A stretch of DNA of 64,000 nucleotides from Myxococcota bacterium (GTDB lineage: Bacteria; Myxococcota_A; Polyangia; HGW-17): contig JAHJMN010000021.1 of assembly GCA_018821305.1 (NCBI GenBank), positions 17,451 to 81,450 of the forward strand. The letters run 5' to 3'. This document shows, piece by piece, positions 18,493 to 28,967 of the stretch. The translations under genes were made by a program, and so were the position numbers. Each line of letters begins with the position of its first letter. The stretch's first letter is position 1. The notes beneath the pieces are model-generated. The model was not told the origin of the DNA. It worked only from the letters and a program-made list of their open reading frames with translations, and did not search any database.

Positions 18493-19980
18493 ATGATACG
18501 ACAAGGGAAAGCTCCTGTTTTAACACCACCGGGTTTGCAGTACCTTGTTATATTCTTTACATGGGCTATATTTTTTGAAGTTGCAATTAGAAAACTTTTA
18601 CTATACTTCAATCAGCCGTCCCATGAATTAGCTGAAATCAGTCGAAATTTTGCCTTTTTCTCCCCTTTTGCGACTTTTTCTATTTACCAGACTCAGATCA
18701 TGGCTTTTCTCACTACAATTGCCACTGTTTCAATAATTTTGCGAACACGAATAGAAACACCATTCTGGAGAATCGCATTGGGCGTTGTGCTGTTTTTCTC
18801 TTTACCAGTTTTAATCCTTAATGGGTTACTTGTTCCAACACATCATGCGGGAGCATCTCTCTGGTATTACCTGAGTTTTATTTCTTCTCTGATCTTAACA
18901 ACAGTTACATTCTGGCTATTCAATACAGGTTCTCTTGATTTTCGTCGACAGATAGCCTGGATAGCGTTCATTCTCCCTGCTTTACTGATTATTCTCAGCA
19001 AAACATATATTTATAATGCCGGTCCAGGCAGCAAAACAGGATATCAACTTTTTCAAGCAGGTACATATATATTTATTTATCAGGCGATCTTATGGCCTTT
19101 TTTGCTATTGAGAGACATCAGAATTAATCCATGGACCCTGCTTATTTCATTTCTTGGTTCTTTCATTATTGCGATCTGGTTTAGATTTGATCATTCTGCG
19201 GCAGGAGTGTTTTTTTCATTGTTCCGCATTACTATTCCCCTGAGTATTTTTGCCAGATTGATGTTTTTTATTGCCCTCTGGTCCACTTTTTATACTCTGG
19301 GAGAATTATTTTTCAGTTCACGCAATCGCTCTATTATACTGGCTTTCAGTTCGTTGCTCTGGGTTGTATCCGGCTACACTCCATGGGTAGAAGAAGAGAT
19401 CCTTCCCTTTATTGCGGTAGTGTTACTTTTGGCCATTGCAATTGAAAAGCCAGAACTTCCTCCTTCCAAGTCACTTCCATTTCCAGAAGACTCCTGGTGG
19501 AAAGCTAATATTTCTAAAAATGTTGTCATTACCAAGTCTAAATGGTTAATTTTATTTAAAAAATTTACTGTCGAATTTTCCGGACCAAGTGCTCTCCCGG
19601 TAAAACTGATTGTCAAATCAGGCTTCAAAGATCGTATTTCATCCTTCCTTATAATAACGGGAATGCCACCGTCAGGAGATCCTGATTGGATTGCCACGAA
19701 CAACGAACTTGTTCCCGTTTCGAGACATTTATTTTCTGCACTACCCAAAGTAGTTTCCTTTGGGAAAGAAAACTATATGATTTGGGACAGGAACTTCTTC
19801 ACAGATGAAATTTTAACGAAAGATTTCAAAAAGTTTCTCTCAGATAATCTTACAGGTGAAGTAAGGATATGGTGGGGTTCAGGTCTTGTTTATGAGAGTG
19901 TCATCTCCCCTGACTCCCTTGAAAGCCTTCGCTTTATAATAAAAATAGTAGTAAAAGCCGGTAGCAAAGCAGACATGTAA
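18493..19980 (+). CDS. Polytopic membrane protein of unknown function
   Basis: Many hydrophobic segments plus a soluble C-terminal domain; start reassigned to ATG 18493 (GGAG RBS; TTGACA-17bp-TAGTTT upstream at about 18409). Confidence 0.7.
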   Translation: MIRQGKAPVLTPPGLQYLVIFFTWAIFFEVAIRKLLLYFNQPSHELAEISRNFAFFSPFATFSIYQTQIMAFLTTIATVSIILRTRIETPFWRIALGVVLFFSLPVLILNGLLVPTHHAGASLWYYLSFISSLILTTVTFWLFNTGSLDFRRQIAWIAFILPALLIILSKTYIYNAGPGSKTGYQLFQAGTYIFIYQAILWPFLLLRDIRINPWTLLISFLGSFIIAIWFRFDHSAAGVFFSLFRITIPLSIFARLMFFIALWSTFYTLGELFFSSRNRSIILAFSSLLWVVSGYTPWVEEEILPFIAVVLLLAIAIEKPELPPSKSLPFPEDSWWKANISKNVVITKSKWLILFKKFTVEFSGPSALPVKLIVKSGFKDRISSFLIITGMPPSGDPDWIATNNELVPVSRHLFSALPKVVSFGKENYMIWDRNFFTDEILTKDFKKFLSDNLTGEVRIWWGSGLVYESVISPDSLESLRFIIKIVVKAGSKADM

Positions 19981-20102
19981 ATGGCTTTTACGAAAAATTT
20001 GAAAACACGTATTTCAAGCATGCAGTTTCGCGAAGTAAGAATCCAAGAAGACATGGAAAATGTAGGGAGTTTTAAAGAGTAAAACGGGGAAAATAGTAGT
20101 GA

Positions 20103-21032
20103 TTATTTCATCTGGGCTATATAGCCCTCATTTCGGAGCATTATAAGGATTTCATAAGTGTCAAGATCGCTGTATGAACTTCTGTCAAGAATGATTTTTA
20201 CACTTCCAATATTATGAGCCAGTTGAAGTACATCCAGTTGCTGAGGACTGAGATTCTTTAATGGCGGAGTCAAGGGAGATGCAAGAGTGAAATATGTTTC
20301 GAGGGAAGGAAGATCCTTTTTAAGCCGATTTATTTCATCAAGAATTCTCATGCCTTCCATTAAAAGGCCTTCAGTAGACTCTTTGATTTCATTAAGAAAT
20401 TCAGCATCGTCGGGAGGAAGCAAATCAAATGTACCGGATACCCATGTAATAATTCTGTAAAATGCCTTTGTAGGGTCAAGGTCAAAATTATTATTGATAG
20501 TACAATAATACACCTTTCCATCGCGAAGGTATAATCGAGCTTCCATATCGGAACTGAAAACAGTCAAAACACCGGACTTGCGGCTCGTCGAAAGTAACTG
20601 CAACAAATCAGGAAGAGGGATTTCATCAATGGAGCCGCTCATATGGCGAGTAATTGACATGGTCGTGCGTTTTGATCCAGGGCCCTCCCCAGTCGTTTCC
20701 GCTTCTTCTGGAGCTTCGACCAGGCTGTCCTCGACTGAAACAAGTTTCAGAACGCTGGTACCAATCAAAACACGATCACCTTCTTTTAACTCAACCGGTT
20801 CCGATGCGACACGTTCACCGTTCACAAATGTCCCATTTGTAGATCCTAAATCAACGATAGTAATACGATTATTAGCTGTGGAGATTTTAGAATGACGCCT
20901 GGAAACCATGTCTTCAACAAGAACCATGTCACCATCAGTAGCGCGACCTACAATAACATCACGGCCCATTTTCAATTTGAACTGACCGCCTTGATACTTT
21001 CCTGAGATAAAACGCAAAGCGTATTCTGTCAT
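20103..21032 (-). CDS. FHA domain plus DUF4388/PATAN-like domain protein
   Basis: FHA motifs VGR, VSRRHS and DLGSTNGTFVNG; GSIDEIPLPDLLQLL..SGVL..WVSGTF (DUF4388). Confidence 0.88.
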   Translation of the reverse strand: MTEYALRFISGKYQGGQFKLKMGRDVIVGRATDGDMVLVEDMVSRRHSKISTANNRITIVDLGSTNGTFVNGERVASEPVELKEGDRVLIGTSVLKLVSVEDSLVEAPEEAETTGEGPGSKRTTMSITRHMSGSIDEIPLPDLLQLLSTSRKSGVLTVFSSDMEARLYLRDGKVYYCTINNNFDLDPTKAFYRIITWVSGTFDLLPPDDAEFLNEIKESTEGLLMEGMRILDEINRLKKDLPSLETYFTLASPLTPPLKNLSPQQLDVLQLAHNIGSVKIILDRSSYSDLDTYEILIMLRNEGYIAQMK

Positions 21033-21308
21033 AATTCCTCACCAAACCACTGGAAGTCTAAGCCAGTGCTTCGATTACGTCAAGATTTTTGGAGTCACAA
21101 CTTCAGTAATTTCTATACAGCCAGTGTTTGGCGAAAATCGGAAGATGTTACTCCCATTTTTGACTCTGAATCTTGTATCAGATATTGATAAATATGAAAG
21201 CTGATTCTTTGGATTTACATAAATTTTCCGATTATCTTTTTACCAACTTAAAATTTAAAAAAATATGTTTTATTGCTCACAGTTTGTTTGTATACTATCA
21301 TTCGGCAA

Positions 21309-21341
21309 TAAGATAGTGTCCTGATGACAAGACACGAACTA
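21309..21341. repeat. Minimal family A derivative (two abutting element ends)
   Basis: TAGTGTCCTGA-TGA-CAAGACACGAACTA matches both family A termini without the interior. Confidence 0.55.
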
Positions 21342-21421
21342 ACTGTTTGATTATTAATATTCTCCTTCGTACTGACAAGTTTTTAAAGGAAGAATATTTT
21401 TTTTATCAATTGGAGTGCTGC

Positions 21422-21889
21422 ATGAGTATACAGGAAAAACTAACATCACTACTGAGTCTGGAAATTGGTCCTGAAGTAAGAACTCTCGTTAGCTCAGTTG
21501 GCTCGGATATTTCTGCACTGCCTCGAGATATTTCAATTATACCAACATTTGCTTTTAAGGTTGTGGGTATTGATCCTGAGAAAAAACACTTTGAGGACAA
21601 TGCTCTCAGCGAAAAAGAGTACTTCTACTTCGAAAAATGTTTAAATGCTTCAGTCGCTTTCTTTGCCACACAAACTGAAGATGCAATTCATCTGTTGATG
21701 CAAGCCAAGTGGGACTTCAATGATTGGGCGCTGGCCCATTACCTTCTCGGGCTTGTTATGCTTGAGAATAGAGAATTTAAATCTGCCCTTGATCAGTTCG
21801 ATCAGGCACTGGAGCTTGAACCATTTAATACTAAACCTATGAGAATTTTCCGAGAGATAGCCCATTTCCTGGTAATGCATCCATCCTGA
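21422..21889 (+). CDS. Small TPR-containing protein
   Basis: AHYLLGLVMLENREFKSALDQFDQALELEP TPR; start reassigned to ATG 21422. Confidence 0.7.
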   Translation: MSIQEKLTSLLSLEIGPEVRTLVSSVGSDISALPRDISIIPTFAFKVVGIDPEKKHFEDNALSEKEYFYFEKCLNASVAFFATQTEDAIHLLMQAKWDFNDWALAHYLLGLVMLENREFKSALDQFDQALELEPFNTKPMRIFREIAHFLVMHPS

Positions 21890-21897
21890 ACCCGATT

Positions 21898-22605
21898 ATG
21901 TCTGACTACGTAGATCTTCATTCACACCTGCTACCCGGCGTTGACGACGGAATGACATCGCTCTCTGAGTGCTTAAAAGCATTAAGACTCTATGAAAACA
22001 TTGGGTTTTCCACAATAATTTGTACTCCACATCAAAAGCAATACTCTCTGAATCCTTCCACCGATTCTCTTATTGAGGTTTTTAATGCTGTGTGTGAGGA
22101 GAATCCAACGAAAATAAAACTTCATCTTGGAGCTGAGAATTATTATGATGATCAGTTCCTTGGCAGGTATTTTCGCAGGCAAATCCCCACTTTGGGTAAA
22201 AGTCGTTTTTTTCTGTTTGAACTTTCTCCCACAATTCCAGTTCCCGGACTCGAAAGAATGCTTTATGAGATCAACGTAACGGGGTTTATTCCTGTTCTTG
22301 CCCACGTGGAGCGCTATGGCTGGCTTGAAAAAAAAGATATCAAACTGTTCAGAGAAAATGTCCGCATTTGTGGTAATCTGACAAGTGTACTCAAGTCTCA
22401 GACACCGGATGACAGGCATCACAAATTGATTAAGTTACTGAAATCCGATTACATTGATTTTATGACCACAGATATACATTCTACTGATTTATTTCCCGGT
22501 ATTGAAAAAGCAGTCAAGTGGCTTACAAAAAACTTTGGCGATGACACCACTGAACGTCTTCTGCATTCTAATCCAATGGAAATCATCAATGATATCCACC
22601 CATAG
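21898..22605 (+). CDS. PHP-family protein-tyrosine phosphatase (CpsB/CapC/YwqE-like)
   Basis: DLHSHLLPGVDDG, CTPH, LGAE, AHVERY and TDIH metal-binding motifs. Confidence 0.9.
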   Translation: MSDYVDLHSHLLPGVDDGMTSLSECLKALRLYENIGFSTIICTPHQKQYSLNPSTDSLIEVFNAVCEENPTKIKLHLGAENYYDDQFLGRYFRRQIPTLGKSRFFLFELSPTIPVPGLERMLYEINVTGFIPVLAHVERYGWLEKKDIKLFRENVRICGNLTSVLKSQTPDDRHHKLIKLLKSDYIDFMTTDIHSTDLFPGIEKAVKWLTKNFGDDTTERLLHSNPMEIINDIHP

Positions 22606-23623
22606 CAGCACTTTTTCCTTAAAAAATTCAATCTACCTTTTTTTGTCTATTGCAATTTCCTTATTCTTCACCTGGCTTGCGTTCCGGGACACAGATCTCA
22701 AATGGTTTATAAGCTCTATTAAAAGTATTTCCCCTTTCTGGTTTACGGTATTTATTCTAACTCAATTTGGTATGATTATTTTCCGCAGCGAACGATGGTA
22801 TCATCTAGTGAAGGGTGTTTCTGAAGAAAGGAGATCCCGCTCCCGCGTATACTGGACTTCATTCATTGGGTTTGCGGCGATTCTTGTGTTACCACTTAGA
22901 ATGGGTGAAATTGTCAGACCGATGCTTTTAAGTTCGCCCAAGTCGAGTGAGGACAGATTAAGAACCACCTGGCTTCTTAGTGCAGTACTCGTAGAGCGCA
23001 TTACAGATGGCATCATAATGTCACTTACGGTTTTCTGCTGCATTCTCCTGATACGAAACCCGCCAAACTGGTTATTCATAACTGGATTGATATCTTTATT
23101 ATTTTTCATTGCACTTGCAGGACTAAGCTTGTTTATAAGTTTTTTTCCGGATTTTATAATTCGTCTCGCCGCCCTTCCCCTTCGACTAACCCGAAGAACA
23201 TTTTCCTCGCTCATTATTGAAAAACTCAAGTATATAATTGATGGTATAAGGAAAGGTCTCGCAATGAGCGTTAAACGGCATGAGTTCTCTCATTTCCTTT
23301 TCTTTACAATGGTATACTGGGCATTCAATGCATTTGGTGTATTCGTTCTCGCAAAAGCTTTTTATCTTGATGTCAGCCTGAATATAAGCACACTCATAAT
23401 GTCCCTGGTTGTAATTGGAATTTTTATTCCCGCGGCTCCGGGCCACGTTGGTAACTACCATCACTTCGCACGCCTCGGTCTTTCAATTGCTATTACAGGG
23501 GCCATTCTGGAAGGCCCGGGAATGGCATTTATTTTCACCCTTCATGCTGTCCAGTTTTTACTTTACTGTTTTGCAGGGATACTGGGCATTGCAGCTGGCG
23601 GTCTGAACCGTGAAACTTCATAA
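22589..23623 (+). CDS. Lysylphosphatidylglycerol synthase TM domain / UPF0104 flippase-like protein
   Basis: RSERW, PLRMGEIVR, ERITD and PAAPGHVGNYH motifs; polytopic. Confidence 0.82.
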   Translation: MISTHSSTFSLKNSIYLFLSIAISLFFTWLAFRDTDLKWFISSIKSISPFWFTVFILTQFGMIIFRSERWYHLVKGVSEERRSRSRVYWTSFIGFAAILVLPLRMGEIVRPMLLSSPKSSEDRLRTTWLLSAVLVERITDGIIMSLTVFCCILLIRNPPNWLFITGLISLLFFIALAGLSLFISFFPDFIIRLAALPLRLTRRTFSSLIIEKLKYIIDGIRKGLAMSVKRHEFSHFLFFTMVYWAFNAFGVFVLAKAFYLDVSLNISTLIMSLVVIGIFIPAAPGHVGNYHHFARLGLSIAITGAILEGPGMAFIFTLHAVQFLLYCFAGILGIAAGGLNRETS

Positions 23624-23668
23624 CTTATACCATTTATTTTAATCTACTCTTCTGAGAGAGAGGTTTTT

Positions 23669-24970
23669 ATGTTTCCTGTTTATGAAATAGTAGGTCTTCT
23701 ATTCTGCATTATAATGAGCAGCTATTTCAGCGGAACTGAGACTGCAATAACTGCCTTGTCACATATGAAAATTAGTATTCTCAAGGAAAATCATCCTTTT
23801 ATATCTCCTGTGCTTTTAAAATGGGAAGAAAATCCCGGAATAATCCTCTCCATACTGCTCATAGGAAATAATATCGTAAATATATTTGGAACTCTCCTTG
23901 CCGGTAGAATAGCGTTTATAGTCTTTTCTGATTTCTCAAGAGGCATGGTAGATTTGATTGCAGGTATTACAATGACTTTTTTTGTCTTGATATTTGGTGA
24001 AGTTACGCCCAAAACTTTCGCTAAAATCAATCCTGAAAAGTGGATAATTCCTGCATTGTTTTTTTTCCGTTTGATTGATTGGATAATCATGCCATTTGCT
24101 ATTGTTTTATCAAAGATGGCTCAATTTTTTGTTAAAATAATGGGAGGGAATAATAAGCCTTCAGAAATTACCCAAAGTGAAATTGAATATATCATTGAAA
24201 AAAGTAGTACCGATGGAGTATTTGATCAGGATGATCAAGGGGAATTATTAAGCAGCGTCATTGAATTTAAATATACGATTGTTCGTGAAATAATGACTCC
24301 CAGAACAGATACAAAATTCCTTTCTTCAAACACTACATTACAAGATGCATTGGACCACGTGCAGGAATGGGGGCATAGCCGCGTCCCAGTCTTCAAGGAC
24401 AACCTTGATAATATAGTTGGAATCCTTTATGTGAAAGATCTGATAAATTTTATTATCTTTGAAAAACATGATCTTAATGAGAAAGTATTGTCTGTCGCAA
24501 GGAAGATCATTCTTTACGTTCCAGAAACGCAGAAAATCAATCAGACTTTAAAAAAATTCCAGCAGACTCGAAACCATCTTGCAATTGTTGTTGATGAGTT
24601 TGGCGGTACTTCGGGCATAATTACCCTTGAGGATATAATTGAAGAAATTGTGGGTGATATTCAAGATGAAACCGACCAGAACTATGCCGATTTGTTTGTA
24701 AGAATTGATGAAAATACTGTAATTGCAGATGCCCATATCAGCATTGACGAACTTGAAACATACTTAAAAATCACTCTACCTGAGTCCTCAGACTATAGCA
24801 GCCTCGGTGGCTTTATCATAAATGAAATCGGCATTGTTCCCCCTGTGGGTTATTTTCTATTGCACAATGGGTTTTCTTATATAATCTCAGAGAGTAATGA
24901 AAAACAGATTTCAAAAGTCCAAATAAAATTTCCCGCAGTGCATAAATCAGAGGATGAGTGCGACCAATAA
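23669..24970 (+). CDS. CNNM/HlyC-CorC family transporter (DUF21, CBS pair, CorC)
   Basis: FSGTETA, ILLIGNNIVN, FGEVTPK, MTPRTD, HSRVPV and VVDEFGGTSGIITLEDIIEEIVG. Confidence 0.93.
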   Translation: MFPVYEIVGLLFCIIMSSYFSGTETAITALSHMKISILKENHPFISPVLLKWEENPGIILSILLIGNNIVNIFGTLLAGRIAFIVFSDFSRGMVDLIAGITMTFFVLIFGEVTPKTFAKINPEKWIIPALFFFRLIDWIIMPFAIVLSKMAQFFVKIMGGNNKPSEITQSEIEYIIEKSSTDGVFDQDDQGELLSSVIEFKYTIVREIMTPRTDTKFLSSNTTLQDALDHVQEWGHSRVPVFKDNLDNIVGILYVKDLINFIIFEKHDLNEKVLSVARKIILYVPETQKINQTLKKFQQTRNHLAIVVDEFGGTSGIITLEDIIEEIVGDIQDETDQNYADLFVRIDENTVIADAHISIDELETYLKITLPESSDYSSLGGFIINEIGIVPPVGYFLLHNGFSYIISESNEKQISKVQIKFPAVHKSEDECDQ

Positions 24971-24979
24971 ACTTTTGCT

Positions 24980-25125
24980 TAGTTACTGTCCTGAAATACC
25001 GGAAATCAAATTTTTAACCAATTTTTTGCTCAGGACAGTAACCGCAAGGTGTTGAAAATATTACTAGTGGCCTGTTAGGATTTTTAATAAAATCCTTCGC
25101 AAAGCGAATTACAGGACACGAACTA
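24980..25125 (+). mobile_element. MITE-like repeat family A, copy 2
   Basis: Near-identical to 3198-3343; same termini. Confidence 0.85.
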
Positions 25126-25127
25126 CT

Positions 25128-25371
25128 TAGCCCGCTTCATGAGTAAAAGGACGAAATCTCAAAAGTGAATATTTGACTCAATTTTTTGTAATTTTACATT
25201 GATATTAGATGTTTATGTTCTGACCCTATCCCTGTTTACCTGACTATCTTATTCCCAGTTAAAATATTTCAGGTAACCATGAAATCAGTAGAAGGAACAG
25301 GAAACCAGGGGCTCTTTCCCGAAATATTTCTTTAAATTAAGTTACTATCGCATAACTCCGCAAGCGGTATA
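25128..25371 (-). mobile_element. MITE-like repeat family B, diverged copy (plus an extra end fragment at 25378-25392)
   Basis: Ends TAGCCCGCTT ... AAGCGGTATA; interior is the reverse complement of 28726-28967 with substitutions. Confidence 0.75.
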
Positions 25372-25415
25372 GCCCGAAGACCGCTTGCGGAACTGACGGT
25401 CGGGAACTGATGGTT

Positions 25416-26648
25416 TCAAGGATTGGATTCTACTACGGGCCGAGGGAGCTTTGGAAAAGTACCGCGGCAAAATTGAGGATATTCCCCCGGTGGCATCTTT
25501 TCTATTAATTCCAGAAGTTTAATATGTGTTGTGCAGATTACTTCAGGCTTTGAGCAAACAGTTTTAGCGAAAAGCTTCATCACTTCCCAATAAGCCCAAT
25601 CATGCCAGTTTACAAAGTGATGTCCTATACTTATAGGTGCTCTAGCACCGTAATAATTTGTATTAAAATATTCAAGGTAAGTCATAAACACATCATTGAT
25701 AATTCTCGTTTTTGTCTCTGCCGTTAGCCGAACATTTTTATAATACATGTAAAAATTATGATCCATAGCTATAACATGTTTATGATATTTTCTCTTTTTC
25801 CTTATAATATCAGACGGAACGACACCCAGTGGGAAAAACCAGATATTGCCATATTTTTGAGGCCAGTAAGGAGCTACCCGGTATCTACTGGCATCATAAC
25901 GATAATTATGCTTAGCCAATGTTCTATACAAATGACCATTCACGGCTAAATGCGGAGCTCTAAACCCTTTCATATTTGTGATAATATGCTCCCATTCAGC
26001 ACCAGGTTCGACATCAAGACGATTGTTTTTCTTTACATTACGTAATAGATCGGAAAACTGGTTAATTTCCCGATTCCATTGGGATAGAGAAAAAGACTTC
26101 CCGGAAAAATGGCCATTGGCATGGGAAGCAATTTCGTGACCTTCACGATACGCCCTTGTGATGTAATATATATTTTCTACAATTTCATTCTTATTTCGGG
26201 AAAAGCCAATTTCGGAATTGCCTCTTCGACCATCCGGAGAGCGGTATAAGCCTCGGTTTTTATGTTCAAGCATATATACGCCACTAACAAAAAAGGTGAA
26301 CTTGATATTTTCTTCCGATGCAAACTTTAAAACCCAATCCCACATCTGTTTCCGGTGGGGACTATCAAATGACAAAAGTACGACCTGATAAGGACGTCCA
26401 TCACCTGTCTTATAAACTGGGCCATCAGGATATTTGCGAAGAGATGGTTTTATATTGGGTTTAACTGGTTCGGATGGACGGACTTTGGCAATAAAAGTCT
26501 CTTTTTCTAATTCTTTTGCTATTTCATGATGATAGGACTCGTATCTTTTTATTCCATGGTCATCATAATGATGCCCGTTATCCATATGTGTCTGTACACG
26601 GCCGCAAGAGAACACTGTAAAGAATGAAATCAATAAAATCCTAACCAT
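25416..26648 (-). CDS. Polysaccharide deacetylase (CE4/NodB-like) lipoprotein
   Basis: Lipobox VFSC; LSFD, HEIASHANGH and GFRAPHL motifs; start reassigned to 26648. Confidence 0.82.
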   Translation of the reverse strand: MVRILLISFFTVFSCGRVQTHMDNGHHYDDHGIKRYESYHHEIAKELEKETFIAKVRPSEPVKPNIKPSLRKYPDGPVYKTGDGRPYQVVLLSFDSPHRKQMWDWVLKFASEENIKFTFFVSGVYMLEHKNRGLYRSPDGRRGNSEIGFSRNKNEIVENIYYITRAYREGHEIASHANGHFSGKSFSLSQWNREINQFSDLLRNVKKNNRLDVEPGAEWEHIITNMKGFRAPHLAVNGHLYRTLAKHNYRYDASRYRVAPYWPQKYGNIWFFPLGVVPSDIIRKKRKYHKHVIAMDHNFYMYYKNVRLTAETKTRIINDVFMTYLEYFNTNYYGARAPISIGHHFVNWHDWAYWEVMKLFAKTVCSKPEVICTTHIKLLELIEKMPPGEYPQFCRGTFPKLPRPVVESNP

Positions 26649-26800
26649 AAAATCCAATTCTATCAAAGGAATAGACAGTTTTCGGAGAAAAAGGGGCGAA
26701 GTCTTGTGACTTACACTAATAGTTTTAATGATTTTATAAAATGAGTCAATCCGGAAAAAATCATTGGCTCCCAATATTTACAAACCGAGCAACATTGGGT

Positions 26801-27856
26801 CTAGATGTGATTTTTCTTGAAGAGACGCACAAACTGATCAAGAAATGTAATACCCGCCATACCTAAATTAATTGAAACCTGCAGATAGTACATACCTTTT
26901 AAAAAGCCTGCCAGACTGAAAACAAGATGAATGAAGAGAATAACATCCCGGCGAAAAAGATAAGAAATATAAGTAAAAGGACCTTTTTCCTTGGAAGCAC
27001 TACCTTTCTCACCTAAAAAAAAGTATGGATATTGAGCAGTATCGATTACTCCAATACGATTGAGAACTTTATAGACCATAATCGAACTTATTGCGTAAAG
27101 ACCTGCACTCGTCCACATCAGTATTGCAAGGTGAGATTGAGATAAAACTGCAAACCCAAGACCGATACTGAATGCAATTGTAGCGAGATCATCAACGATG
27201 GAATCAAGCCACTGACCGAATACGCTTCCCTCAACTTTTAAGCGCGCAATTTCACCGTCCACACAATCAAAAACATTGGAAAACCAGTATAAAATCGCAC
27301 CCAGAATGAGTAAACCGGGAAATGCAACTGCCAAAGCGCCGGAAAAAGCCATAAAGGCACTGATAAGCGTTGCATGGTTCGGAGTCACTGGAAAATTGAT
27401 TAAAACACGACTGAAAACGCGGGAAACTGGCCTGCTTAGATAATATGCAACAATGCCATCATTTTCAATAGGCTTTCGAAGATCCTTCCACAGATACTTT
27501 TGTATTTCCCCAAGATCTCTATCATTCTTAGCGATCATGACCGGAGAAATTTCTGAAACTACACCATCTTTAAAATCAATAATATCATTTATTTTATAAA
27601 GACCAGCGCCATTAAAAATGGGGGTGTCCCCTTCCACAGAGTCGAAGTCTGAAAAATCAGTTTTCCAATTATCATTGTAGTAACTAATGAGAGTTCCAGG
27701 AGTTGATTCTTTAAGGTAAACAGTTGAGTAACCAGCTTTTTTCAGTTGTCTGTATAATCGCACATGCATCGGAAGCCCAGCAACCTTGCGGCTTGTGCTG
27801 AACCCCAGAGACGAGCCATCAACAATTACCCTGCTATCCGAAGAGTTTTTCAGCAT
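26801..27856 (-). CDS. CDP-alcohol phosphatidyltransferase with degenerate N-terminal NTP-transferase-like region
   Basis: TPNHAT and FDCVDGEIARLK..FGQWLDSIVD (DGxxAR..G..LD motif). Confidence 0.88.
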   Translation of the reverse strand: MLKNSSDSRVIVDGSSLGFSTSRKVAGLPMHVRLYRQLKKAGYSTVYLKESTPGTLISYYNDNWKTDFSDFDSVEGDTPIFNGAGLYKINDIIDFKDGVVSEISPVMIAKNDRDLGEIQKYLWKDLRKPIENDGIVAYYLSRPVSRVFSRVLINFPVTPNHATLISAFMAFSGALAVAFPGLLILGAILYWFSNVFDCVDGEIARLKVEGSVFGQWLDSIVDDLATIAFSIGLGFAVLSQSHLAILMWTSAGLYAISSIMVYKVLNRIGVIDTAQYPYFFLGEKGSASKEKGPFTYISYLFRRDVILFIHLVFSLAGFLKGMYYLQVSINLGMAGITFLDQFVRLFKKNHI

Positions 27857-28544
27857 TCTCTAGGTCTTCTTTATTATCGATTTCAATCCATTGAGAAGTA
27901 ACTTTTACAGCGTGTACATGGAGGTTTTTTCTTGCAAGACGGCCATAGGCTTCCTCGTAGTATGCATTTCCAGCACCCTCATCGTACATTGCTTGAAGTT
28001 CACTAAAAAGTGGTGCGGAACCAGCGGCGGTTACGAATTCGATGCCAATACTCTCGCCCCATGCTTCTCGAGGTGGTATTTCTTTAGAAAAATCAATGAT
28101 TTTGCCAGAGTCATCGATCTTGACCTTCATTTCCTCTTCGCCCATATTATCTCGGACTTCGACGGATATCCTTAAATCACCACTGGAAGCAATAAGATTG
28201 CGAGGAATCTGATTTTCAAAAATCAAATCGCTATCGATTTTAAAAAAATCAAAACCTGAAAGATGCTTTTCTGCACAAAGCAGGCTATAGTAATTACCAA
28301 GGTCTTCGTAACGTTCATTATAAATAAAGGTTACTTTTTCCGTCCTTCCCTCCCAGAATTTCCTGATTTCCTCTTCTTTGTATCCCGTGACAACAACATA
28401 CTCTTCAAAATCAAATTCTTTCATAGTATCAAGAATATATTGGAGCATTGGTTTGCTTCCGACCGGAACCAGCGCTTTGGGTACCGTGTCCGTATATGGT
28501 CTAAGTCTGCTTCCATAACCTGCTGCAAGAATACAAGCTTTCAT
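27834..28544 (-). CDS. Phosphocholine/sugar-phosphate cytidylyltransferase (LicC/IPCT-like NTP transferase)
   Basis: ILAAGYGSRL..PKAL, DSDL, EEEMKV, GESIGI and WIEIDNKED. Confidence 0.87.
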   Translation of the reverse strand: MKACILAAGYGSRLRPYTDTVPKALVPVGSKPMLQYILDTMKEFDFEEYVVVTGYKEEEIRKFWEGRTEKVTFIYNERYEDLGNYYSLLCAEKHLSGFDFFKIDSDLIFENQIPRNLIASSGDLRISVEVRDNMGEEEMKVKIDDSGKIIDFSKEIPPREAWGESIGIEFVTAAGSAPLFSELQAMYDEGAGNAYYEEAYGRLARKNLHVHAVKVTSQWIEIDNKEDLENAEKLFG

Positions 28545-28643
28545 GAGCGTAACCCTTTCTGACTGATGATTAATTTATTTCTTCGCATATGTCCACATTT
28601 TTCAGTAGACAAATTGACCAATTTCTTTTTTCAATTTTATCAT

Positions 28644-28700
28644 TAGACCGCTTCAGAAGAAATACGATAGTTGCCTGTTTTCAAGAAATACAGGTTCAGT
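28644..28700 (+). repeat. Truncated family B left end
   Basis: TAGACCGCTT..AATACGATAGTT matches the family B start. Confidence 0.55.
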
Positions 28701-28725
28701 GGCTTTACCTGAACAGCATTGATAC

Positions 28726-28967
28726 TAGACCGCTTTCGAGGTAATACGATTGTGACTCGGTTTAAAGAAATGCTTCAGGAATGAGCCCCGTTTTCCTGTT
28801 CCTGCTACTGATTACCTGAATACCTGATTTTTTTAACAGGTAATCAGGAAGTCAGGTAAACAGGTTCAGGAACAGGTCATAAACATTCGACATCAAATAA
28901 TAATTAAAAAGACCGTAATTTTTATTCAATTTCCCAATTTCGATCCTTTTATTCCGCAAGCGGTCTA
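28726..28967 (+). mobile_element. MITE-like repeat family B, full copy (242 bp)
   Basis: Perfect 10-bp TIR TAGACCGCTT/AAGCGGTCTA, CTAG at both junctions, internal CCTG/CAGG imperfect palindrome. Confidence 0.85.
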
